From IMG/VR virus record IMGVR_UViG_3300028831_000214, positions 1 to 50,669 of that record: 50,669 bases of DNA; one strand, written 5' to 3'. Below are positions 23,777 to 32,562 of the stretch, piece after piece. Each line of letters begins with the position of its first letter. Position 1 is the stretch's first letter. The stretch is from a virus. The notes under the pieces were generated by a model. The model saw only the letters and a program-made list of their open reading frames with translations. It was not told the origin of the DNA and ran no database searches. Made by a program: the position numbers and the translations under genes.

Positions 23777-24060
23777 TGCCCAAGGTCTTCATCTACGACA
23801 CCGACAGGCACGTCTACACCTGGCCCGAGTCCGGCTTCGACAACGACGTGATCCGGGACACGGCCAGCAAGTGGGCCAACGGCAAGCTGGGCAGTGGTGA
23901 GCCGCAGAGCTCCACGGTGCACCATCACAAGCGTGACCAGGCCTGCGTCGGCTACCACCACGACTCGTTCTACCCCGAGGGCGCGGTCGTCTTCGAAGAC
24001 GCAGCCAAGGTCCAGAGTCAGATCATGGAAGAGATGCGCAACACGGTCCCCACCGAGTAA
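23776..24060 (+). CDS. hypothetical protein
   Basis: 94-aa ORF, TGATG coupling. Confidence 0.6.
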   Translation: MPKVFIYDTDRHVYTWPESGFDNDVIRDTASKWANGKLGSGEPQSSTVHHHKRDQACVGYHHDSFYPEGAVVFEDAAKVQSQIMEEMRNTVPTE

Positions 24061-24086
24061 CACAAGCACGATCGGGTAGCTTCAGT

Positions 24087-24206
24087 ACTCCACACGCACG
24101 CCGATCCATTTAACGGATCTTGGAAGTCACGTTAATCGTTCAGAGAGCAATTAACGGGATCGAGAGGCGTGTGGAGTTCTGTGGGTAGCCGATTGGAGGG
24201 TTAAAC
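24087..24206 (+). promoter_or_regulatory. bipartite motif site: long-loop hairpin plus GCGTGTGGaGTT-N21-GTTAAACA
   Basis: ACTCCACACGC (24087-24097) pairs with GCGTGTGGAGT (24167-24177). The 69-nt loop carries TTAACGG(G)ATC twice. GCGTGTGG is at 24167-24174 and TTAAAC at 24201-24206 (26-nt gap), abutting ATG 24207. Confidence 0.55.
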
Positions 24207-24551
24207 ATGTGGAAGCAACTACTGGACCAGGCCTTTGGTCACCTGCACAAGGCCGTCAACCTGCGTGAGCGAATCTACCAGGGTCAGCGTGAGGCCAGGG
24301 CGGAGGCAAAGCGTAAGGGTACGACGCCGATCATCGAGCAGCAGCGCTTCATGACTTCTGCGGTCGCACAGGAGATGATCTCCGACCAGAACTGGTACAT
24401 GCGCCAGGCCGACGCACACAGCGGTGTCGCCACGGCGGCCCTGTTGGAGCAGCTCCTGAACGAGCAGAAGGCAACCAACCAACTCCTGAGCAACCTGGTC
24501 TACTCGGTCGACCGGGTCCACGAGAGCCTCAAGGAAATGAAGGTGTACTGA
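24207..24551 (+). CDS. hypothetical coiled-coil-like protein
   Basis: 114-aa ORF with GGAGGG RBS. Confidence 0.65.
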   Translation: MWKQLLDQAFGHLHKAVNLRERIYQGQREARAEAKRKGTTPIIEQQRFMTSAVAQEMISDQNWYMRQADAHSGVATAALLEQLLNEQKATNQLLSNLVYSVDRVHESLKEMKVY

Positions 24552-24985
24552 TGCGACTCGTACTGCTGGCCTTCGAGGACAACGACACGGCCGACGCCTT
24601 CGTCAAGGCCATCAAGGACAATCAGGTCATCATCGGACAGACCGAGGATGAGGACGGTGCACAGGTTCTCAGGTACAAGGACATCGGTCCTGACGTCACT
24701 GCTGAGGCGATGTGGGCTGCGCCAACGAAGCTGTGCACCTGTCACCCGCCCTACGCTCTGCCGAACAAGCTCGCCAAGGCCGGCTCAGGTCTCAACTGCT
24801 TCTCGGGCCGCTCCAAGAAGTTCGGCTGGCTACTGTGCACCAAGTGCATGAAGCCCCACGGCTTCCAGACCATCCACCCGAAGAACCTACTCGGGCCCGA
24901 GGTGGAAGACCTGCAGGACAGGAAGTTCGTCCTCGGCTTCGAGGCCAAGAAGACCGGAGTACGAGATGACGTGGAACCTGCCTAA
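24551..24985 (+). CDS. hypothetical Cys-rich (CxC...CxxC) protein
   Basis: 144-aa ORF, TGATG coupling. Confidence 0.6.
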   Translation: MRLVLLAFEDNDTADAFVKAIKDNQVIIGQTEDEDGAQVLRYKDIGPDVTAEAMWAAPTKLCTCHPPYALPNKLAKAGSGLNCFSGRSKKFGWLLCTKCMKPHGFQTIHPKNLLGPEVEDLQDRKFVLGFEAKKTGVRDDVEPA

Positions 24986-25160
24986 GGGTCTCTGCCCTGA
25001 CAGAGAAGACCACTCGCCACACGTGCGCGACTCGCCCACGCTGGGCAGATTCTGGTGTACAGCGAATCAGGACGACCGTGAACCCTGGCGCAGCGAGGAA
25101 AGGAGACGACGTGAACATTCCGATGTGGATGCGGGCGCTACTCAGGCTCCACTCACCTAG
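24966..25160 (+). CDS. hypothetical protein (64 aa)
   Basis: ORF track entry. Overlaps the upstream gene by 20 nt. Confidence 0.4.
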   Translation: MTWNLPKGLCPDREDHSPHVRDSPTLGRFWCTANQDDREPWRSEERRRREHSDVDAGATQAPLT

Positions 25161-25202
25161 CGCCCACGCTTGGGGTGGCTGTTGGTGCCAGAAAAGCCGC
25201 CG

Positions 25203-25231
25203 TTGATTTTCCCGTAGGGACGCTATATACT
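25203..25231 (+). promoter_or_regulatory. promoter P5 (TTGATT-N17-TATACT)
   Basis: TTGATT at 25203-25208 and TATACT at 25226-25231, upstream of the replication/recombination module. Confidence 0.5.
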
Positions 25232-25278
25232 AAAGGTAACCAAGAACAACACAGCCTCAACGATACGGACCGAAGCGT

Positions 25279-26550
25279 ATGGAACTGAACGAGTACATCG
25301 AGTTGGGACTTACCCACTCGATTCACACCTCGGAGAGGAGGAGCTTCCGTGGATGTCGCAGGCGATGGAACTGGATCTCGAGGGAGTTCTATTACCCACG
25401 CGTCACGGCTCGCCCTCTCGAATTTGGTGTTGCCTTCCACGCAGCCATGGAAGCAGGCTACGAGAATCGACTTGGGCTCTGGGAGGACCCTGATCCAAGT
25501 GCCACCCAGGCTGTCGCACTGTCCACCTTCCGGAAGAAGGTACGGGAGCAGCGCGAAGCGTACGTAAGGCTAAACGGTGGCATCGACGACGAGATGGACG
25601 CCGACTATCGTGACCGCGTTCAGCTCGGCGAGGGGATGCTGAAGTACTACTTCGGCAAGCTGTACCCGAACATCGATGTGCTCGAGGACGGCGTACGCAT
25701 CCGGCCCGTCAAGGTCGAGATCAAGTTCGAGGTTCCCATCCCTGGCGACCTCTGGTGCAAGTGTGACCACTGCTGGCGCATGTACATGAAGTGGTGTAAC
25801 GGCAACCCCGATGCGGAGTTCGCCAAGCAGAACTTCGACTTCGACGCCTGGAAGGGCTTGCCTGTCACTCTCGGTGGCCGCCTCGACATCCTGTGGGAGG
25901 ATGAGCGTGGATTCTACTGGATCGGCGACTGGAAGACAGCCGCTCGCCTCTCCGGTATCGACGTCAACGACGAGTACCTCGAGATGGACGACCAGATCAC
26001 CGGCTACGTCGCAGCCCTCCGATCCCTGGGCATCAATGTTGTCGGGTTCATCTACATGGAGCTCAAGAAAGCCGTCCCCGACGAGCCGGAGCCGAACAAG
26101 GTCATCCGACTTGGACGACGATTCTCCGTATCCAAGAGCCTCGACACCACAGCGGACCTGTACGAAGCCACGGTAATGGAGAACGACCCGGGCGCGTACT
26201 CGAATGGACTGTACGACGAGTTCATCGAGTACCTGAAGACCGACGGTCCTGTCTTCCACTACCGGCACCAGGTGGAGCGCAGCGACACCGAGTGCGAGGT
26301 CTTCTGGCATACCATCGAGATGGAGGCGCGGGACATGACGAACCCGACGCTGCCTATCTACCCCAACGCCGGTCGCTTCCACTGCAAGGGGTTCAGCACG
26401 TTCAGTGGCTGTGCCTTCTTCGAGGTCTGCCTCGGCACGAACCGTGGTGAGGATGTCGCATACGGTCTGGCTACGATGTTCGACCGACGCGACAGACACT
26501 ACTGGGAAGAGGAAGAGCCCACCACGGACAAGCGTAAGGAAGCGGTATGA
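25279..26550 (+). CDS. Cas4/RecB-family PD-(D/E)XK exonuclease with Fe-S cysteines
   Basis: 423 aa. LDIL...IGDWKT nuclease core and QITGY (QxxxY) motif. One N-terminal Cys plus C-terminal CKGFSTFSGCAFFEVC. Confidence 0.8.
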   Translation: MELNEYIELGLTHSIHTSERRSFRGCRRRWNWISREFYYPRVTARPLEFGVAFHAAMEAGYENRLGLWEDPDPSATQAVALSTFRKKVREQREAYVRLNGGIDDEMDADYRDRVQLGEGMLKYYFGKLYPNIDVLEDGVRIRPVKVEIKFEVPIPGDLWCKCDHCWRMYMKWCNGNPDAEFAKQNFDFDAWKGLPVTLGGRLDILWEDERGFYWIGDWKTAARLSGIDVNDEYLEMDDQITGYVAALRSLGINVVGFIYMELKKAVPDEPEPNKVIRLGRRFSVSKSLDTTADLYEATVMENDPGAYSNGLYDEFIEYLKTDGPVFHYRHQVERSDTECEVFWHTIEMEARDMTNPTLPIYPNAGRFHCKGFSTFSGCAFFEVCLGTNRGEDVAYGLATMFDRRDRHYWEEEEPTTDKRKEAV

Positions 26551-27335
26551 CTCTCAACGACAACCGGCTCACACCTACCAACTTCGCCGGCCTCAAGGTC
26601 GACCGTCCTCAGACGGAGGGCATCGACAGGATCAACCTGCTCCTCTACGGTGAGGCAGGCGTCGGCAAGACGTGGCTCGCCGGCTCGGCTTCAGCCGTTC
26701 CCACGATGCGCAAGGTCCTCTACCTGGACGCTGAGGGCGGTGCAGTGACTCTCCGCGAATGGCCCGACGTGGAGATGCTGCGGTGTACCCAGTGGGACGA
26801 CTACACCCGAGTGTACCACGCCCTCAAGGCCGGCGGGCACGACTACCAGACCGTGGTGCTGGACTCGCTGTCGGAGATCAACGAGCAGAACCGCGAGCGG
26901 GTCATGCAGGAGATGAAGCTCGACCCGGAGAACGAAGGTCGCGACGAGGACGTTCCGAGCCTCCGCGAGTGGGGCAAGATGCAGGTCCGTCTGCTCCGCC
27001 TCATCCGCAACTACCGTGACCTGCCCATGAATGTGATCTTCATCGCGCACGCTGAGCGCGTCAAGCTGAACACCGGCAAGCAGAAGTGGATGCCGCTGCT
27101 CAACGGTAAGACGCAGATGAAGGTCCCACAGATTCCCGACCTCGTCTTCTTCATGTACAACCAGGAAGTCGAGGGTGAGCAGCGACGACTGCTGCTGACT
27201 GCACAGACCGACAACGCAGCCGCCAAGGTGCGTGGCGTTCGTATGCCGGCTGTCCTCGGGGCAGAGGAAACCGTAACCATGAAAACGATCCTCGACTACT
27301 ACACCAAGAACAAGACACAGGAGAACAACAAGTGA
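26547..27335 (+). CDS. RecA-fold AAA ATPase (Sak4-like recombination ATPase)
   Basis: 262 aa. Walker A GEAGVGKT and Walker B VVLDSLSE. Lies between the nuclease and SSB-like genes. Confidence 0.75.
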   Translation: MTLNDNRLTPTNFAGLKVDRPQTEGIDRINLLLYGEAGVGKTWLAGSASAVPTMRKVLYLDAEGGAVTLREWPDVEMLRCTQWDDYTRVYHALKAGGHDYQTVVLDSLSEINEQNRERVMQEMKLDPENEGRDEDVPSLREWGKMQVRLLRLIRNYRDLPMNVIFIAHAERVKLNTGKQKWMPLLNGKTQMKVPQIPDLVFFMYNQEVEGEQRRLLLTAQTDNAAAKVRGVRMPAVLGAEETVTMKTILDYYTKNKTQENNK

Positions 27336-27868
27336 GCGACTACGACGAAGACGACTACAGCGAAGGCATCAAGGTCAACGTCTCCAAGAAGGAGACGGCG
27401 GCCGGCAACCAGACCATGCTCCCCCGGGGCTGGTACAAGGTCACCGTCTCGGACGTCGAGCTGCGAGAGTCGAAGTCCGAGAAGAACAACGGCAAGCCGA
27501 TGTACGCCGTCGAGTGCACGGTGAACGAGCCGGCGGAGTACGAGGGCCGCAAGCTGTACACGAACGCCTGCCTCTGGGAGGGTGCTCTGTACACGGTCAT
27601 CGGCCTGATGAAGGCCGTCGAGCTGATCGAGCAGAACATCGACGAGGGCGACCTCGTGATCCCGGGTCCGGGTGCGTTCCTCGGCAAGGAGTGCATGGCC
27701 CGCGTGACCATCACGCCGCCGCGCAAGGGCCCGGACGGCAAGGAGTACGACGAGCGGAACGAGCTCAAGTCGTTCGCCACGCTCGCGCAGCAGCAGGTGA
27801 AGGTCGGCTCGCAGTCGGCCATCGCCGGCACCGCGACGGCCAAGGGCGGCTCGCTGTTGCCGTCCTGA
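27332..27868 (+). CDS. DUF669-like single-strand DNA-binding protein (tentative)
   Basis: 178 aa, GTGA coupling. LPRGWYKVTV...GKPMYAVECTV...YEGRKLY pattern and module context (memory). Confidence 0.5.
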   Translation: MSDYDEDDYSEGIKVNVSKKETAAGNQTMLPRGWYKVTVSDVELRESKSEKNNGKPMYAVECTVNEPAEYEGRKLYTNACLWEGALYTVIGLMKAVELIEQNIDEGDLVIPGPGAFLGKECMARVTITPPRKGPDGKEYDERNELKSFATLAQQQVKVGSQSAIAGTATAKGGSLLPS

Positions 27869-27876
27869 TCCACCCT

Positions 27877-27909
27877 GAATGCCCCGGAGCGCACCTCTCC
27901 GGGGCATTC
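27877..27909 (+). terminator. perfect 13-bp hairpin
   Basis: GAATGCCCCGGAG-cgcacct-CTCCGGGGCATTC, 9 nt after the stop at 27868. Confidence 0.7.
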
Positions 27910-27929
27910 CCCATCCTCAAGGGCAGTGT

Positions 27930-30122
27930 ATGGAATCTGACATCAAGACGTTCTTCAACCTGATCTTCGGTCGCACGAACGAAGGTTACATTTGCGTGTC
28001 CTTCTACTCCACTGAGGCCAAGGGCAAGCGCAAGATGACGGAACGGTTCTTTCGCTACCCTGATCAGGTAGGCGACGCTGCTCGCGCAGCTGCGGATGGG
28101 ATGTACGACTCAGATGTCTACTACTGTCCGCAGCTCTTCGAGACTGCGCGACGCACCAAGGACACGGTGAAGAGCTGTCCCACGCTCTGGGCAGACCTCG
28201 ACTCCTGTCCACCCAACAAGATGCAGGTCAAGCCGTCCGTCATCGTCGAAAGCTCACCTGGACGTTACCAGGCACTTTGGCGGGTCGCTCAGGCACTGCC
28301 GCCTCACGTCGCTGAAGACCTCTGCAAGCGTATCGCGTACTTCCACGCAGAGGACGGAGCAGACAGAAGCGGCTGGGACCTGTCACAGCTGCTCCGAGTA
28401 CCCACCACGATCAATTACAAGTACAGTGGCGAGCCTACCGTCAACGTCATCGGTGGCGAGCTTCGTGCAATGTACACGCCGAAGGACTTCGAGGGCTACC
28501 CCGAGGTCAAGCACAGCGTCTTCCTGAAGACGCCTATGCCCACGGCGGAGGAGATGCCTCAGGAGCCTTCCGAGGATATCCTGCAGAAGTACAAGCATGC
28601 CCTGCTCCCAGTGACCTACGACCTGTTCTCTATCACGCCCGATGGGGAATGGTCGGAGAAGCTCTGGAAGCTGGAGATGCTTCTGTTCGAGATGGGTATG
28701 ACGAGGGAGGAGGTCTTCGCCGTATCATGGGATGCGGCCTGTAACAAGTACCGTCGAGACGGCAAGCAGAAGGAGTACCTTTGGACTGAGGTGTGCCGAG
28801 CCTTCGTCGCGTACAACGATCGCGTCAACGCAACGGTGTTTCCAGGACAAGTCATCGCCGACCTCCTGGACGACGAGGAGATCAAGATCGCCAACGCCCA
28901 GACAGGCTTCGTGGAGGAGTACATCGAATGGGCATCGGGCCTCGGAGACGCAGCTACCCAATACCACCAGGCTGGTGCGTTCACAGTCCTGAGTGCACTC
29001 CTATCTGGACGAGTGACACTCCCAACGAGTTATGGACCTGTGGTTCCGAACCTCTGGTTTATGATTCTTGGCGACACTACGTTGACGCGGAAGTCGACGG
29101 CGATGGATATCGCAACGGACCTTCTGATGGACGTCGACCCGGACGCGATCCTCGCAACGGACGGTTCAGTGGAAGGCCTCATGCAAGGTCTATCCACGAG
29201 GCCGAGGCGCCCCTCGATCTTCTTGAGGGACGAGTTCTCGGGCCTCCTGGAGATGATCAGTAAGAAGGACTACTATGCCGGCATGGCCGAAGTGCTCACC
29301 AAGTTGTACGACGGTAAAATGCAGAAGCGCGTCCTGCGCAAAGAGGAGGTGGTGGTTAGAAACCCTATCCTCCTTATCCTCGCTGGAGGAATTCGCAACC
29401 GAGTACAGGGCCTACTTACCCACGAGCACGTCAGCTCCGGCTTCATTCCCCGTTTCATCTTCGTCACTGCAGAAAGCGACACAAGCCGCCTTCAGCCCCT
29501 TGGGCCGCCTACTGCACGGGACATGGGCAATCGCGACCACCTCCTCGAGAAGATGGAAGACATGGTCGAACACTACGGCCAGTCGCGAGGCGCCTACATC
29601 GAGGCCAGAGGGGACCGGAAGCCTTCCACCGAAGGGTTCAGCGCACAGCTGACTCGGGAGGCCTGGGCACGGTACAACAAGCTGGAGGGCGATCTAATCC
29701 AGAGCGGACTCGACTCGGAGAAGCCTGAGCTGATGACGCCACTGTTCGACCGTCTCTCCAAGTCAGGACTGAAGGCAGCAGTTCTACTGGCAGCCGCACG
29801 CCAGGTGGGACAGGAAGGAGTGACAGTAGAGGTCACGGACATCCTCCACGCTATCCGCTACGTAATGCAGTGGCGAGCGTACGCTCTGGAGGTTGTCACA
29901 GGCATCGGCAAGAACACCTACGAGCGGGAGATCGAGCGCATCCTGAACGCGATCGTGAAGCGGCCAGGCATTACGCGTTCGCAGCTCATGCAGTCGTACC
30001 ACCTGACCGCATCGAATGCCAACGCAGTGTTCGACACGCTCATGCAACGAGGACAGATCACCATGAAGCGCACCGAGAGCGGTGCACAGATGTACTATCC
30101 ACTCATCGGAGGAATCAAGTGA
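27930..30122 (+). CDS. bifunctional primase-polymerase / DUF3987-D5-type helicase
   Basis: Start moved to ATG 27930, downstream of the terminator hairpin. 730 aa. N-terminal prim-pol-like region (VIVESSPGRYQALW..LLRVPTTINYKY) and a central helicase-like region. Confidence 0.7.
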   Translation: MESDIKTFFNLIFGRTNEGYICVSFYSTEAKGKRKMTERFFRYPDQVGDAARAAADGMYDSDVYYCPQLFETARRTKDTVKSCPTLWADLDSCPPNKMQVKPSVIVESSPGRYQALWRVAQALPPHVAEDLCKRIAYFHAEDGADRSGWDLSQLLRVPTTINYKYSGEPTVNVIGGELRAMYTPKDFEGYPEVKHSVFLKTPMPTAEEMPQEPSEDILQKYKHALLPVTYDLFSITPDGEWSEKLWKLEMLLFEMGMTREEVFAVSWDAACNKYRRDGKQKEYLWTEVCRAFVAYNDRVNATVFPGQVIADLLDDEEIKIANAQTGFVEEYIEWASGLGDAATQYHQAGAFTVLSALLSGRVTLPTSYGPVVPNLWFMILGDTTLTRKSTAMDIATDLLMDVDPDAILATDGSVEGLMQGLSTRPRRPSIFLRDEFSGLLEMISKKDYYAGMAEVLTKLYDGKMQKRVLRKEEVVVRNPILLILAGGIRNRVQGLLTHEHVSSGFIPRFIFVTAESDTSRLQPLGPPTARDMGNRDHLLEKMEDMVEHYGQSRGAYIEARGDRKPSTEGFSAQLTREAWARYNKLEGDLIQSGLDSEKPELMTPLFDRLSKSGLKAAVLLAAARQVGQEGVTVEVTDILHAIRYVMQWRAYALEVVTGIGKNTYEREIERILNAIVKRPGITRSQLMQSYHLTASNANAVFDTLMQRGQITMKRTESGAQMYYPLIGGIK

Positions 30123-30949
30123 CACAGCCCGACAGCATCGCCGTCTTCTCGGGCGGCCTGGACTCGACCACGATGGTCTACGGCATGCTCGACAGCGGCA
30201 AGACCCCGCACCTGCTGTCGTTCAACTACGGCCAGCGGCACAAGAAGGAGCTGGTCTTCGCCGAGCGCACCGCGCAGCTCCTCGGCCTCCGCTGGGACTG
30301 CATCGACCTCTCCGGCATCACCGGCCTGATCAGCAACTCGGCCCTCACGTCGAAGGGCCGTGAGGACTGGTCGGATGCACAGGCGATCGCGCCCGGCTTC
30401 GTCGGACCGATCTACGACGCTGAGATCGAGGTGCCGGAGGGTCACTACGCCGAGGACAACATGAAGGCGACGGTCGTCCCGAACCGCAACATGATCATGC
30501 TGAGCATCGCCGCCGGCGTGGCCGTAAACAACTCCTACGACAGCGTCTACACGGCCGTGCACGCCGGCGACCACTTCGTGTACCCGGACTGTCGTCCGCA
30601 GTTCATCATGGCCACCAACGCGGCGGCCGTCCTGGGCAACGAGGGCTTCGGCGCCCTGCCCAAGCTGGAGGAGCTGCAGGCGGTGCCAAGCTTCATCATG
30701 GCGCCGTACCTGAACATCTCCAAGGCGGACATCGCCAGCGAGGCCATCCGGCTGAAGGTGCCCTTCGAGAACACCTGGTCCTGCTACAAGGGCGAGTCGA
30801 TGCACTGCGGCAAGTGCGGCACGTGCGTCGAGCGTCTCGAGGCCATCCACGAGGCGCACGTCAAGGCGAACATCCTGTCGCCGGAGAACTGGAAGGACAA
30901 CACGAAGTACGCCGACGCGGACTTCTGGAAGCAGGCGGTGACCAAGTAA
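30119..30949 (+). CDS. queC: 7-cyano-7-deazaguanine (preQ0) synthase QueC
   Basis: GTG 30119 (GTGA overlap). AVFSGGLDSTT PP-loop, VPNRNMIML, and C-terminal SCYKG...HCGKCGTCVER zinc motif. Confidence 0.9.
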   Translation: MTQPDSIAVFSGGLDSTTMVYGMLDSGKTPHLLSFNYGQRHKKELVFAERTAQLLGLRWDCIDLSGITGLISNSALTSKGREDWSDAQAIAPGFVGPIYDAEIEVPEGHYAEDNMKATVVPNRNMIMLSIAAGVAVNNSYDSVYTAVHAGDHFVYPDCRPQFIMATNAAAVLGNEGFGALPKLEELQAVPSFIMAPYLNISKADIASEAIRLKVPFENTWSCYKGESMHCGKCGTCVERLEAIHEAHVKANILSPENWKDNTKYADADFWKQAVTK

Positions 30950-31122
30950 TGGGACGCAAGGACAATAGGAACTGGAACGCACGCGGACAGTGGGGCTCCT
31001 CCAACGGCGGCTCCACGAGTGGCAAGAGCAACGGACGGGCCAAGGCCTTCGCCATTCTCTTCGTCATCGCCGGAGCCACCTTCGTCCTCAGCCCGTTCGT
31101 CTACATCATCACGCACCAGTAG
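30949..31122 (+). CDS. small membrane protein (57 aa) inside the que cluster
   Basis: TAATG coupling to queC. C-terminal TM AFAILFVIAGATFVLSPFVYII. Confidence 0.5.
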   Translation: MGRKDNRNWNARGQWGSSNGGSTSGKSNGRAKAFAILFVIAGATFVLSPFVYIITHQ

Positions 31123-31130
31123 GGAGAGAC

Positions 31131-31244
31131 ATGTTCATCGAGCTCATGCAGCACCGCGGTCGCTGGATCGCCCTCGCCGCCATCAGCATCCTCCTGATGC
31201 TGGACATCGTCTGGGGCGACGGTAGCTGCTCCAAGGCCGTCTGA
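31131..31244 (+). CDS. small membrane protein (37 aa) inside the que cluster
   Basis: ATG 31131 follows AGGGAGAGAC. TM WIALAAISILLMLDIVW. Confidence 0.4.
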   Translation: MFIELMQHRGRWIALAAISILLMLDIVWGDGSCSKAV

Positions 31245-31254
31245 CACCGAACCC

Positions 31255-31299
31255 CACGGGCGTGTGGAGTTGTGAAGGCTACACACGCCCGTGTTAAAC
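31255..31299 (+). promoter_or_regulatory. bipartite motif site: 12-bp hairpin plus GCGTGTGGaGTT-N21-GTTAAACA
   Basis: CACGGGCGTGTG (31255-31266) pairs with CACACGCCCGTG (31282-31293), with a 15-nt loop. GCGTGTGG is at 31260-31267 and TTAAAC at 31294-31299 (26-nt gap). Confidence 0.55.
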
Positions 31300-31345
31300 A
31301 GTACATCCGAAGTAGACCAAACCCCACACGCACTAGGGAGCGCAA

Positions 31346-31828
31346 GTGGATGTCATCGTTCGGCATAACGCCGAGATCGCACACAGGCTGTCTCAGTCGC
31401 CTGGCAAGTGCCAGCAGATCCACGGTCACGGCCTGCAGATCACGCTGACGCTGATGATGCTGCGTCAGGACGAGAAGACCGGCATGGTCCAGAACCAGCT
31501 GGGGAAGACCTTGGACTTCTCCGAGATCAAGCAGCACTTCCGTTCCTACATCGACGAGGGCTACGATCACCACCTGCTCCTGAACGAGAAGGACGAGTGG
31601 GCACGACTTCACCTCTCCTTCAGCGTCGGGCGTCCCGACGAGCAACTGCCGGGACTGAAGACCTTCCCGGGCGACCCGACCGTCGAGAACCTCGCCAAGT
31701 GGATCGCGCTCTGGGCCGCCTCGACGTTCGCTGCGAACACCATCGTTCGAATCGACGAGACCCGAACCAACGCAGCCGAAGCTCGCGCCATCTGGAAGGG
31801 CTCGCTGCAGCCGGAGGTGACGATGTGA
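31346..31828 (+). CDS. queD: 6-carboxytetrahydropterin synthase QueD
   Basis: 160 aa, GTG start after GGGAGCGCAA. The CQQIHGHG..HHLLLNE pattern is typical of the PTPS/QueD family. Operon context. Confidence 0.85.
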   Translation: MDVIVRHNAEIAHRLSQSPGKCQQIHGHGLQITLTLMMLRQDEKTGMVQNQLGKTLDFSEIKQHFRSYIDEGYDHHLLLNEKDEWARLHLSFSVGRPDEQLPGLKTFPGDPTVENLAKWIALWAASTFAANTIVRIDETRTNAAEARAIWKGSLQPEVTM

Positions 31829-32562
31829 TCAAGATCAACGAGATCTTCGGACCAACCGTTCAGGGCGAGGGAGCTGCAGGTGGTCGCCACTGCATGTTCG
31901 TCAGGGTTGCCAACTGCAACCTGACCTGTACGTGGTGTGACACAGCCTACACCTGGGCATTCAACGAGCACAAGGCCAACAAGCTCGAGGTCCCCGTGAT
32001 CTTCAACAAGGACGAGAACCTCAAGGAGATGTCCGCCGAGGACGTGCTGGAGAAGCTCCACGACCTGTGGGACATCTATGAGCACCCGACGATGATCGTC
32101 ATCTCAGGTGGTGAGCCCCTGATGCAGTCCAAGGAGCTGATCCCCCTGGCACAGGAGCTCGTCAACTACGACAACATGATTCACGTCGAGACGGCCGGCA
32201 CGCTGATTCCCGATTCTACGTTCCACGAGCTCGTCACGCAGTACAACGTGTCGCCGAAGCTGGCACACTCCGGCAACCGGCTCGAGATGCGGCGGAAGCC
32301 GGACGCGCTTCGATTCTTCGCTGAGTCGGACAAGTCCTGGTTCAAGTTCGTGCTTCGTACGCCGACTGACTTCGAGGAGGTGGACGAACTCGTCGCCACG
32401 TTCGACATCAACCCGCACCGTGTCATGGTGATGCCCGAAGGGGTGACCGCCGAGAAGAACATGGAGATCGCCAAGACGCTCGTCGACGACGCAGTCGCAC
32501 GTGGCTACGGCCTCTCCTACCGCACACACATCCTGCTCTGGAAGGACGTCCGTGGAAAGTAA
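31825..32562 (+). CDS. queE: 7-carboxy-7-deazaguanine synthase QueE (radical SAM)
   Basis: GTG 31825 (overlaps the queD stop). EIFGPTVQGEG and CNLTCTWCDT cluster motif. Confidence 0.9.
   Translation: MIKINEIFGPTVQGEGAAGGRHCMFVRVANCNLTCTWCDTAYTWAFNEHKANKLEVPVIFNKDENLKEMSAEDVLEKLHDLWDIYEHPTMIVISGGEPLMQSKELIPLAQELVNYDNMIHVETAGTLIPDSTFHELVTQYNVSPKLAHSGNRLEMRRKPDALRFFAESDKSWFKFVLRTPTDFEEVDELVATFDINPHRVMVMPEGVTAEKNMEIAKTLVDDAVARGYGLSYRTHILLWKDVRGK

Noticed and set aside
25570-26499. 309-aa minus-strand ORF antisense to the Cas4/RecB-like nuclease
   Set aside because: Shadow ORF opposite a gene with clear nuclease and Fe-S motifs.
31245-31345. preQ1 riboswitch in the queD leader
   Set aside because: Que operons often carry preQ1 riboswitches. 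This leader lacks the short P1 hairpin plus A-rich tail that I associate with class I. Its conserved boxes also recur at loci unrelated to queuosine, so a ligand-sensing riboswitch is unlikely.
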